Below, piece by piece: positions 29,609 through 39,019 of a stretch of 64,000 nucleotides of DNA. The notes beneath the pieces were generated by a model. That model searched no databases. It was not told the DNA's origin and saw only the letters and a list, made by a program, of their open reading frames with translations. Numbering within the stretch: position 1 is the first letter of the stretch; the number at the start of each line of letters is the position of its first letter. The stretch is from an uncultured Acidobacteriota bacterium (GTDB lineage: Bacteria; Acidobacteriota; Vicinamibacteria; Vicinamibacterales; UBA2999). Both the position numbers and the translations under genes were made by a program. Location of the stretch: assembly GCA_963723495.1 (NCBI GenBank), contig CAVRQR010000009.1, positions 712,627 to 776,626 of the forward strand. Direction: 5' to 3'.

Positions 29609-30789
29609 ATGTTGAAAGCCACTGCGGGGAAGATGCTGCCGACGACGATTACGGGGTCGTTGCCGCGGCCAAGCTGGTATACCGAGAACCTGGGGACGCG
29701 GTCGTTCCTGGATGCGATGGTGACGTCGCGGTTCCGGGAGCAGTATGTCGACGCGCTGTCGGCGTATCTGCGGGAACAGGAGGTCGCGGGGCTGGACATC
29801 GTGACGGATGGGGACTGCCGGTTCGACCAGGACATCGGCGGGCAGAGCTGGACGAGTTATCCGCCGCACCACATGAGCGGGTTCGAGACGACGCATCCGA
29901 AGCTGGCGAAGGTGGGGGCGGGGGGATCGCGTTTCCGCGCGGGCACATCCTGCACGACTACCTCGAGGCGCGGGTGATGCCGACGCTGGTGGGGCCGGTG
30001 GGGCGCGGGGAAATGCAGTATGCGGAGCTGTTCAAGGCGGCGCAGCGGCTGACGCACACGCCGGTGAAGTTCGGGACGGTGACGCCGGAACTGGTGGCGT
30101 TCGCGGTGCAGGACGAGCACTACACGACGCTGCCGGACCGCATCATGGCGTCTCGCGATGCGTTCAACGAAGAGCTGCACGACCTGGCGGATGCCGGGTG
30201 TCAGGTCATCCAGATGGAGGAGCCCCAGATTCACCTGCTGGCGGCCCGCGGGTATGTGGACAAGGTCATCAACCCGGAGTTCATGCTGAAAGTATTCAAC
30301 AACACGGTCAAGGGCCTGCGCGCGAAGACGGAAGTCTGGTGCCACACGTGCTGGGGCAACCCCTCGCAGCAGCGGATGTTTGGCAGCGTGCAGAGCTACA
30401 AGCCGGCGCTGGAGCTGCTGAACCAGGTCGATGCGGATGTGATCACGTTCGAGATGAAGAGCTCGAACATGATGGACCTGCAGGAGATCGGGGCGGCGAT
30501 CACGGACATGAAGGTGTGCATCGGGGCGATTGACCATCACACGCTGCAGGTGGAGGCGCCGACGGAGGTCGCGGACCTGATTCGGCAGGCCCTGACGGTG
30601 ATCCCGGCCGAGCGGCTGGTCCTGAGCTCGGACTGCGGGATGGGACGCGAGGGGATGAGCCGGCGGCATGCCTTCTACAAGATGGTGTCGCTGGTGCAGG
30701 GGACGAACCTGGTGAAGAAAGAACTGGGGCTGCCGGTGACGGAGAGCCTCGGGGCGGATCCGAAGTTCTCGTTGATCCGCACGACATAG
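29609..30789 (+). pseudogene. cobalamin-independent methionine synthase (MetE C-terminal domain)-like methyltransferase, one frameshift
   Basis: ORF 29609..29977 (LPTTITGSLPRPSWY..AGLDIVTDGDCRFD) continues in ORF 29599..30789 (QMEEPQIH, WCHTCWGN, SSDCGMG). The shift is near 29920. Confidence 0.65.
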
Positions 30790-30803
30790 GGGATCAGGAA
30801 CGA

Positions 30804-30897
30804 CAGTTCAAAGCGTCAAAAGTCAAGTGTTCGACGAGACTACGCCCGGATGGACTTCCCACTTACTGTTCCTACTTTGACCTTTGCCCTTTGAACT
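30804..30897. repeat. low-complexity inverted repeat, GTCAAAG/CTTTGAC word
   Basis: cagttcaaagcgtcaaaagtcaagt ... actttgacctttgccctttgaact, with about 45 nt between the arms. Confidence 0.55.
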
Positions 30898-30937
30898 TTC
30901 AGAGAGGTAAAGTCGGGCAGCCACGAAACAAATAGAC

Positions 30938-32230
30938 ATGCGGCTCTCGCGAACGGTCCTCACGGTCGTTGCGCTGTCGTTGCCAATAGTGCTCGGCGCT
31001 CAGAACCCGGCACCGCCAACCGCCGGTGTGTCCGATCGTGTGATTCCCCGTCCTCCGGCTCGTGAGTCCAATGCGCCCGCCGACGGGAGCGCGGCGCCAG
31101 ACGGTTACTCGCCGATTCCTCAGTGGTTGGGCCAGACGCGCGCCGCGCGCGTGGCCAAATCGGAAGCCTTCACCGTACAAACCGCGGTGTCTGGCATCAC
31201 CGGCGGCTTCTCCTTCCACTTCCTGCCCGACGGTCGAATTCTGATTTCCGAGCGGCCGGGTCGAATGAGGATTGCCGCGAAGGACGGCACGCTGTCCGAG
31301 CCGATCGGCGGGCTGCCCGAGCTCTACGCGAGTGGACCGCAGGGGCTCTTCGAAGTGATTCCCGATCGCGACTTCGCGAAGAACCGGCAGATCTACTTCG
31401 GCTACACGGCGCTGCCGGCAGGACCGCGGCCAGCGGTGCTCCCTCGTCTGGCCGGCCTGCTGATGATCGCGAGTGCTCGTCTCTCGGCGGACGACAAGCG
31501 CCTCGAGAACGTGCGTGTGCTGATGAACGCTGAAGGGATCAACGGCCGGATGATTCAAGCGCCGGACGGCACGCTCCTCATCACGTCCGGCATTCCCGCG
31601 GGCGTCGGGATCCACTCGCCGGACTGGCCGCAGCCGCAGCAGTTGACCAGCCGCATGGGCAAGGTGCTGCGCATCAACACGGACGGTTCCATCCCTCGTG
31701 ACAACCCGTTCGCGGGTCGAACTGACGCGCTTCCGGAAATCTATGCCCTCGGACTTCGCGACGACCAGGGCGTGGCACTCCATCCCCAGACCAGAAAACT
31801 GTGGACGAGCGAGAACGGTCCGAGGGGCGGCGACGAGATCAACGTCATCGAGGCGGGAAGAAACTACGGGTTTCCAATCATCAGCTACGGTCACGAGTAC
31901 AGCGGCAAACCGATCAACGGCGATCGGACGACTGAAGCGGGGATGCAGCAGCCGGTGTATTTCTGGACGCCGTCAGTCGCGCCATCAGGGATGACCTTCT
32001 ACAGCGGCCGTCTGTTCCCGGCCTGGCAGGGGAACCTGTTCGTGGCGACGCTTGCCGGCAAGCACGTCTCGCGACTCGTGCTCGAAGGCGAGCGCGTGGT
32101 GGGCGAGGAACGCTTGTTGACCGCGCTCGATACGCGGATGCGTGACGTGCGCCAGGGTCCCGATGGCGCGCTCTACGTCATGACGGACGGACCAGAGGGT
32201 CGAATCCTCAGGTTGGCCCCTCAGAACTGA
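30938..32230 (+). CDS. PQQ-dependent sugar (glucose/sorbosone) dehydrogenase family, secreted
   Basis: Intact 430-aa ORF. Motifs: LPDGRILISERPGRMRI, LRINTDGSIPRDNPF, EIYALGLRDDQGVALHP, LWTSENGPRGGDEINVIEAGRNYGFP. It is a paralogue of 34700..35998. Confidence 0.75.
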   Translation: MRLSRTVLTVVALSLPIVLGAQNPAPPTAGVSDRVIPRPPARESNAPADGSAAPDGYSPIPQWLGQTRAARVAKSEAFTVQTAVSGITGGFSFHFLPDGRILISERPGRMRIAAKDGTLSEPIGGLPELYASGPQGLFEVIPDRDFAKNRQIYFGYTALPAGPRPAVLPRLAGLLMIASARLSADDKRLENVRVLMNAEGINGRMIQAPDGTLLITSGIPAGVGIHSPDWPQPQQLTSRMGKVLRINTDGSIPRDNPFAGRTDALPEIYALGLRDDQGVALHPQTRKLWTSENGPRGGDEINVIEAGRNYGFPIISYGHEYSGKPINGDRTTEAGMQQPVYFWTPSVAPSGMTFYSGRLFPAWQGNLFVATLAGKHVSRLVLEGERVVGEERLLTALDTRMRDVRQGPDGALYVMTDGPEGRILRLAPQN

Positions 32231-32264
32231 GAGTCCCTTTTAGCACTGGCTTTCGGTGCCAGCG

Positions 32265-32520
32265 GCGGAGAGGCATACCGGTCCGCGGGCCGCGGACGCT
32301 GCGTCCGGGAAAGTCGCCGGCGCTCGTGCATTCTAACTGCCCGCGCGTCTAGGTGGTGACTCGTTCCGGCATCCGTTGCACGGCTCAAAACTTCGCAGCT
32401 ATTTCGTTGCAACTCGAACGCGGGAGCGGAAGACGCGCGGCTGAATCGCGCCGGCCACTTTCCAGCTTCGCCATGCGCTCGGCCTGGCGTACGCGGCCGC
32501 TGCCCGGTATGCCTCTCCGC
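32265..32520. repeat. non-coding element bounded by ~34-nt inverted repeats (MITE-like or structured RNA)
   Basis: 32265-32299 gcggagaggcataccggtccgcgggccgcggacgc pairs with the reverse complement of 32487-32520, gcggagaggcataccgggcagcggccgcgtacgc. The first 17 nt are identical. Confidence 0.5.
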
Positions 32521-32548
32521 GTTGAGAAATCGCCGCAGCGTGCCTTCT

Positions 32549-32687
32549 GAGAGCGCGACTGTGAGCGCCGTGACAGACGCGAAGCGGGGTAAAACGGGCT
32601 CGAAACGTGATGGCCGCGCAGCTCACGGAGCTGTGCGGTTACGTTGATGTGATGTGGAGAGCCAGTTTTTCCACGGCGTCGAACCGG
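32549..32687 (+). repeat. copy 1 of a ~75-nt intergenic repeat (split by a ~65-nt insert)
   Basis: gagagcgcgactgtgagcgccgtgacagacgcgaagcggggtaaaacgggc ... tttttccacggcgtcgaaccgg matches the reverse complement of 36041-36114. Confidence 0.55.
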
Positions 32688-32773
32688 AGCGCGGGGCAGA
32701 AGGTACGCTGCGGCGGGGAGTAGCAGCCGAGCGATTCAACGCTGGATCTCGAAATATGATCCTCGTTACGCAA

Positions 32774-34643
32774 ATGAAGACTTTACGCCCAGATCGTCCG
32801 GTTGGGGTCCTGACGGTAGTCCTGCTCTTGTGGATCGCCGCTCCCGCGCTGGCACAGGACGGTGGCGCGCTCTACAAGGAGCACTGCGCCAGCTGTCACA
32901 ACGGGAGCATCGATCGGGCGCCGAGCCTCGAGGTGCTCCGGGCGATGACGCCGCAGCGAATCCTGGAGGTGCTCGAGTTCGGATCGATGGTGTCGATGAC
33001 CCACGGCCGGACGACGGCCGAGAGGCGCGCGCTGGCGGAGTTCGCCAGCGGCAAGTCGCTCGGCGAGCGCTTCACGATCGAGCCGGCACAGAAGGCGATG
33101 TGTCGGACGAAGACGCCGTTCTCGATCGAATCCCTCGCAGCCCGTCTGGAACGGCTTCGGCCAGAACCTTTCGAACACGCGGTTCCAATCATCGAGCACA
33201 GGTCTGTCGGCGGCCGATGTCCCGCGGCTGAAGTTGAAATGGGCGTTTGGTCTTCCGGGCGACGTGCAGTCGTGGGCCGCGATCACCGTCGTCGGCGAGC
33301 GTGTGTTCGTCGGCAGCATCGCGGGCAACGTGTACTCGCTCGATGCGAGGACCGGCTGCGTGCACTGGGCCTTCGATGCCGGTGGCATCGTGCGAACCGC
33401 GGTCAACGTCGGCCGCATCGGCAGCGACGAACCGGCACGATACGGCGCGTTCTTCGGTGACGCGCGCGGCAACGCATACGCCGTCGATGCAGTCACCGGC
33501 CGTCTACTGTGGAAGGTCAGCGTCGACAAGTACCCGTCAGCTCGCCTGACCGGATCGGCCGTGTTGCATCGTGGCCGCCTGTACATCCCTGTTTCGTCGA
33601 GCGAGGAAGGTGCCGGCTCTCTGCCGGACTACGAATGCTGCCGCTTCCGCGGGAGCGTCGTCGCGCTCGACGCGGCGACGGGTCGTCAGATCTGGAAGAG
33701 CTACACGATTCCCGAAGAGCCGAGACCGTCTCGAAAGAACGCGCGCGGCACTCAGCTCTGGGGCCCCTCGGGTGGCGCGATCTGGTCCAGTCCGGTCATC
33801 GATGAGTCACGCAACGCGCTGTATGTCACGACCGGCAACAACTACAGCGATCCTGCGACGGCGACGAGCGACGCGTTCCTGGCAATGGATCTCGATAGCG
33901 GGAAGATCCTCTGGTCACACCAGGTCACCGCCGAACGACGCCTATGTCTCGGCCTGTCGCCTGACTGACAAGACGAATTGTCCGCAGGTCAACGGCCCGG
34001 ACTTCGACTTCGCGGCTTCGCCGATTCTCGTTTCGCTGCCCGAACGGCAAGCGAGCGCTCGTCGCCGGTCACAAGTCAGGCAACGTGTACGCCGTCGATC
34101 CGGATCAGCAGGGCGCACGCTTGTGGGAGACGCGCGTCGGCGAGGGTGGCTCGATGGGCGGTGTGCAGTGGGGATCCGCCGCCGATCAGCAGAACGTCTA
34201 CGTTGCGCTGTCCGATCTTGGTCGCGTGATGCTCACCTACACGCAGTTCACCGATGCGGATCGGCAAGCGCGGCGGCGGGATGTTCGCACTGCGGCTGGC
34301 CGACGGCACGCGCGTGTGGCACACGCCTCCGATCCCCTGCGACTCGCGACCACGCTGCAGTCCGGCGCAGTCGGGTGCGGTCAGTGCCGTTCCCGGGGCC
34401 GCGTTCGCGGGTTCGCTCGACGGTCACGTCCGCGCGTACGCAAGCGACACCGGAAAGGTCGTCTGGGACTTCGACACCGTGCGGGAGTACGAGACCGTCA
34501 ACGGTGTGCCGGCGCGCGGCGGGTCGCTCGACGGGCCCGGTCCGGTCATCGCCGGAGGGATGATGTTCGTGAACTCGGGATACACCGTCGACGGCGGAAT
34601 CCCGGGCAACGTGATCCTCGCGTTCTCAGTGGACGGCCGCTGA
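32774..34643 (+). pseudogene. PQQ-dependent dehydrogenase with N-terminal cytochrome c domain (polyvinyl-alcohol-dehydrogenase-like), 4 frame changes
   Basis: Haem site CASCHN in ORF 32654..33460. Propeller in ORFs 33234..33968 (vicinal Cys in YECCRFRGS), 33571.., 34085.. and 34254..34643. Shifts are near 33135, 33930, 34048 and 34262. Confidence 0.7.
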
Positions 34644-34699
34644 GTTCCGCACGGCGCGCAACGTGCGACAAGAGCTCTGTGGGTTGATGGAGGAACGGG

Positions 34700-35998
34700 A
34701 TGTTCGATGGACAGCGTGTGCGCGTGGGAGTTGGGATCGTCGGTGCTTTGCTTGCCGTCGGGGCAGCCATCGCTGACGGACAGGGAAATTCGGGTCAGCA
34801 GGCGCCCAAACCCGTACCGCAGAAGTATCCATATCCGGTGGTGCGCGATCTCAAGGGCGTGATTCCACCCGGTCCACGACCGCTTCCATCGCCGCCACTT
34901 GGCGCCGGCCCGTGGACCTCCCAAACAACGGAGGCAAAGATCCGTGTGTCGGTGGTGACGAAGGGGTTCTCCCATCCCTACGGTTTCACCTTTCTTCCCG
35001 ACGGAACCACGATCCTGATCACCGAACGCGCGGGTGCGCTGCGCGTCGTGCGCAATGGTGTCATCGATCCGAATCCTGTCGCCGGCGTGCCGAAGGTCAT
35101 TTACCGGGGAACCGAAGCCGGCCTGATGGACGTCGTGCTGCATCCCGGGTTCGAAAAGAACCGGTGGGTCTACTTCACCTACCACAAGCCGATTGGCAAC
35201 AACCTGGCGAGCAACGCCGTGGGACGCGGCACCTGGGACGGCAAGGCGCTCACGGATGTGAAGGAGATCTTCCTCTCCGATGACGTCGACACCGAGGTCA
35301 GCCGGATCGCGTTCGGTCGTGACGGCATGCTCTACATGACGATTGGCGGACCCGGCACCGGTCCCGCGCCGAGCCTCAACCGGCCGCAGAACGGCAACGA
35401 CTACGCCGGCAAGCTGTTGCGGATGCGCGACGATGGCAGCCTGCCTTCCGACAATCCGTTCGCGGGGAAGTCCGGCTACAAGCCGTACATCTACGCGATG
35501 GGCTTCCGCAATCAGCTGGGGCTGACGATCAATCCGTACAACGGTGAAGTCTGGGCCGCCGAGCAGGGACCGAACGGTGGAGATGAGGTCAACGTCATCC
35601 TTCCTGGTCGCAACTACGGATGGCCGTTGGCCAGCTACGGGCGCGATTACCTGGGCCCGCGCTTCAACGCGCAGCACACCGCGCAGGGGTTCGAAGAGCC
35701 GACCGTGTACTGGGTGCCGTCGATTGCCGTTTCGGGCATGACCTTCTACAACGGCGATCGCTTCCCGAACTGGCGGCGGAATCTGTTCGTTGGCGGGATG
35801 CGTGAGGGCGAGATGTCGCCGACCGGCAAGCTCGAACGCATCGTGTTCAATGACAAGTGGGAGGAGTTGCGCCGCGAGTCACTGCTGCGTGACCTGCACC
35901 AGCGCATTCGTGATGTCCGCCAGGGACCCGATGGACTCCTCTACGTCGTCACGGAAGAAGACGACGCGGCGCTGCTGCGCATAGAGCCTGTCGAATAG
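34700..35998 (+). CDS. PQQ-dependent sugar (glucose/sorbosone) dehydrogenase family, secreted
   Basis: Intact 432-aa ORF with GGAGG upstream. Motifs: LPDGTTILITERAGALRVV, LLRMRDDGSLPSDNPF, YIYAMGFRNQLGLTINP, VWAAEQGPNGGDEVNVILPGRNYGWP. Confidence 0.75.
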   Translation: MFDGQRVRVGVGIVGALLAVGAAIADGQGNSGQQAPKPVPQKYPYPVVRDLKGVIPPGPRPLPSPPLGAGPWTSQTTEAKIRVSVVTKGFSHPYGFTFLPDGTTILITERAGALRVVRNGVIDPNPVAGVPKVIYRGTEAGLMDVVLHPGFEKNRWVYFTYHKPIGNNLASNAVGRGTWDGKALTDVKEIFLSDDVDTEVSRIAFGRDGMLYMTIGGPGTGPAPSLNRPQNGNDYAGKLLRMRDDGSLPSDNPFAGKSGYKPYIYAMGFRNQLGLTINPYNGEVWAAEQGPNGGDEVNVILPGRNYGWPLASYGRDYLGPRFNAQHTAQGFEEPTVYWVPSIAVSGMTFYNGDRFPNWRRNLFVGGMREGEMSPTGKLERIVFNDKWEELRRESLLRDLHQRIRDVRQGPDGLLYVVTEEDDAALLRIEPVE

Positions 35999-36040
35999 CC
36001 GGCGGGACACCGAACCTCAGTTGCGTTCCGAACCGGCGCT

Positions 36041-36114
36041 CCGGTTCGACGCCGTGGAAAACGGGCCCCGTTTTACCCTTTTCATCTGTCACGGCGCTCA
36101 CAGTCGCGCCTCTC
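36041..36114 (-). repeat. copy 2 of the ~75-nt intergenic repeat
   Basis: The reverse complement reads gagaggcgcgactgtgagcgccgtgacagatgaaaagggtaaaacggggcccgttttccacggcgtcgaaccgg. Confidence 0.55.
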
Positions 36115-36363
36115 GGGGAACACAACTGAGCTTCGGTATGTGCAGGCCGGACACAGGCTGCGGCAGCGAACCTTGCGAGCGGCGCGTCGCACGCGAGAGA
36201 CGGGAAAACGCTTCGCAGGGGTGAATTCCGGCCAGGTCATGGACCTGGCCGGTTACGTGCTCGCGAGCCCGAAGAAGCGTTTTCCCGCGCCGTCGAGCGG
36301 TTCGCAGAGCAGCTTGTGTCCGGCCCACCGCACCGGCTCGAGACGGCTCTGCGGGCGACGTGA

Positions 36364-37742
36364 TTACCCGACGCGATACGCGGTTCGTGCTGGATCGCGC
36401 GTACGGGACCGGCGCGACGGTCGCGCGGATCTCGAGCTGCTCGTGGCGCTCGACGGTCGGCTTCGACGACCCGCCGCCTTCTTCACCCCACACGAACGTC
36501 ACCTGCGTGCCCGGCTCGCTGTGCTCGACGTCGAGGATCGCCAGCGTGAGCATCGCGCCCTCGTTCGCGCTGTATCCGCACCACGTCGAGACGCCGATGA
36601 CCTTGCCGTCCTTGACGACCTTGTCGTACGGCAGCGTCGAGTACACCGCTGACGGGAAGTCGAAGTACTTCGTTGCGCTTGCCCTGCTGGAACATCGTCG
36701 AGATGCCCCGCGTCACGTCGTCGCCGTTCAGTACGAGCGTGACCTTCTTGCGCCGCGGCTTCTCCGCAATCTTCTCGAGCGCCTCGCGCCCGATGAAGTC
36801 GTGATCGAACTTGACGGAGGGACCGTACCCCAGATCCCACGGCGTCAGGTAGTAGTCGCGGATGTCGTTGGAGTAGAAGCTGCCGCCGAGCGAGGCAATG
36901 GCTTCGTAGGTGTTTGCCGGCAGCCACTGGCGGTACGGCTTCATCTTGTCGCCCGTGTAGACCGCCGGGAGGGGCGACGGGATCCAGCCTGATTCGAGCG
37001 TGTTGCTCGAATACGTTCTGGCGCCCGACTGCCGGAGGCCGAATTCCTGACCGGCTTCGACGATCGCCGCCTTGACCGCCTCGCCGTCGTCCCACGGCCC
37101 AAACAGCTCGAAGCCCGGCTGGCCAACCATGCCGTGACGCAACGCGCGCACTCTTCGTCCGGCGATCTGAAAGTCAGTCATGTTGAAGAACTTCACGTCA
37201 GGCACCGGCTTGCCCGTGACCTTCTCCATGACCTTCAGCGCGTTCGGCCCCTGAACCTGGTAGCGGTACGCCTTCCGTACGATCGGGCCGGGCCTGGCGA
37301 CCGTGCGCTCGTCGCGTTCGATCTTGACGTCGTACTTGCCGGTCTCACAGTGATACTGGACCCAGTTGTGGATCGACGGTCGGCCGACGAGATTGAACCG
37401 GTTCTCTTCGAGGTGGAAGAGGATGACGTCGCCAATGACGAAGCCGTCGTGGTTGCAGGCGACGAACTGCTTCGCCTTGCTCGGGCCGAAGTTCTTGAAG
37501 CTGTTCACGCCGAGCATGGTGAGGACCTTGAGCGCGTCGGGCCCCTCCACGTACATGTCGGTCATGTGGTACGACTGATTGAAGAGGATGCAGGTCTCCC
37601 GCCACGCGCGCTGTTCATCCCGCCAGTTCGTGAACTCAGGGGGGACGACTGGGTAGATGTAGGGTCCGGTCTGCGAATTGCGCAGCAGCTGGACGGGATT
37701 GCCGGCGGCGTTCAGCACGTCCTCGAAGCTCTTGTGACTCAT
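36364..37742 (-). pseudogene. GcvT-fold THF-dependent aryl O-demethylase-like protein (LigM/DesA-like), about 2 frame changes
   Basis: ATG 37742 with AGGAGAAGG upstream, inside ORF 36483..37982: LRNSQTGPYIYPVVPPEFTNWRDEQRAWRETCILFNQSYHMTDMYVEGPDALKVL..TLESGWIPSPLPAVYTG. The tail is in ORF 36098..36646 (GYSANEGAMLTLAILD..VTFVWGEEGGGSSKPTVE). About 459 codons, larger than a typical GcvT. The end at TAA 36364-36366 is inferred in a third frame. Confidence 0.6.
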
Positions 37743-37763
37743 TCCTTCTCCTGTCAAAAAATC

Positions 37764-37839
37764 CGTCAACTCCCAATTTCCAACACCCAACTTCCAAACG
37801 TTCTCTTGGGAGTTGGGAGTTGGAGGTTGGGAATTGACG
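37764..37839. repeat. low-complexity hairpin element, GGGAGTTGG family
   Basis: cgtcaactcccaatttccaacacccaacttccaa - 8 nt - ttgggagttgggagttggaggttgggaattgacg, between the MetE-like and LigM-like genes. Confidence 0.75.
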
Positions 37840-37849
37840 CGCATTGGAA

Positions 37850-39019
37850 TCAAGCAACTCCAGCAGCGGCTCCCCACAGCTCCTGTGAGGCAATCTGTGC
37901 GCCCTCGGCCAGCACCTGCAATTTCGCCCACATCACCTGCGGGTGCACTCGCTGATAGGCCTCGAGCTGGGCAAAGCCGCAATCCGTGCTCGCGATCACA
38001 TTCTCACGGCCGACCAGTGTCGCAAACCGCACGATGCGATCGGCCACCAGGCGGGGATGTTCGACGCTCGTGGTGTGGTGTGTGACCACGCCGGGAATCA
38101 GGATCTTCCCGGGCGGCAACTTCACCGATTGCCACACACGCCACTCGTGCTCGTGCCGGACATTGGCTGCCTCGATGGAATACGCGCCGGCACGCACGCG
38201 CAACATGAGATCGACGATGGCATCGAGCGATGCGTCGGCGACGTGAGGGACGTGCCAGCTTCCGAAGCAGACGTGATAGCGAACGCGATCTTCGGGGATC
38301 CCGCGCAGCGCGTGGTTGAGCGCCTCGACGCGGAGCTCGGCCCATTGGCGGTAGCGCGCGGGACTGTCCTGCGTGAGCTCGTCGTACATGTTCGCCAGCA
38401 CCGCATCGTCGATCTGGAGGACCAGCCCGGAGTTGACAATCTCCAGATACTCCTCACGCAGTGCTCCGGCGATGGCGAACACGTAGTCGCGCTCGTCCTT
38501 GTAGTACTCGTTGGACGCGTCGTAGCCGGTGCTCGCGGGAGCCACGGCTGTCAGAAAGCCTTCTTCGACACCTGCGGCAGCGAGCGCAGACTTGAGATCG
38601 CTGATGTTGCGGCGTACAGCCGCGTGGCCCGTGTACGTGATCGGCCCGACGCAGGCGTGCCCGGGCGCGCCCGTCGCTCCGCGCGGGAACTGCGCCTTCA
38701 TGAATTCAGCAAAGCGAAACCGGTCGCGTCCGAGCCACACCGCTTCGTAGATCGTGTCGGGGCGCGGTTCGAACCCGGTCATGCGATCGAGCACGTAGTT
38801 CGCCCAGCTCGATTTGCCGTACTCCCCGTCGTTGACGATGTCGATGCCAGCGCCGCGCTGCTGTTGAACGACGTCAACAGTGGCCTGACGCAATGCGGTT
38901 TCGTAGCCTGCCTGATGCTGCTGGTCTTTCCGCGCTGCCGCTGCCTGTTCGAGGAGGTTGGCGGGGCGGATCAGGCTGCCGACGTGTGTGGTCAGAATGC
39001 GATCGGTACTGCGTCTCAT
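37850..39019 (-). CDS. cobalamin-independent methionine synthase (MetE C-terminal domain)-like protein
   Basis: Intact 389-aa ORF. Motifs: ILTTHVGSLIRP, GIDIVNDGEYGK, VLQIDDAVLA, YHVCFGSWHVPH, STDCGFA. It lies upstream of the LigM-like gene and in the same orientation. Confidence 0.65.
   Translation of the reverse strand: MRRSTDRILTTHVGSLIRPANLLEQAAAARKDQQHQAGYETALRQATVDVVQQQRGAGIDIVNDGEYGKSSWANYVLDRMTGFEPRPDTIYEAVWLGRDRFRFAEFMKAQFPRGATGAPGHACVGPITYTGHAAVRRNISDLKSALAAAGVEEGFLTAVAPASTGYDASNEYYKDERDYVFAIAGALREEYLEIVNSGLVLQIDDAVLANMYDELTQDSPARYRQWAELRVEALNHALRGIPEDRVRYHVCFGSWHVPHVADASLDAIVDLMLRVRAGAYSIEAANVRHEHEWRVWQSVKLPPGKILIPGVVTHHTTSVEHPRLVADRIVRFATLVGRENVIASTDCGFAQLEAYQRVHPQVMWAKLQVLAEGAQIASQELWGAAAGVA

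Noticed and set aside
32265-32520. Calling the inverted-repeat-bounded element an insertion sequence.
   Set aside because: It contains no transposase ORF, and I found no target-site duplication. I reported it only as a MITE-like or structured-RNA candidate.
36029-36060. tRNA-like GGTTCGA strings at 36044, 39030 and 40059.
   Set aside because: No acceptor, D or anticodon arms can be drawn around them. They are half-sites of the TTCG/CGAA palindromes or part of the 75-nt repeat.
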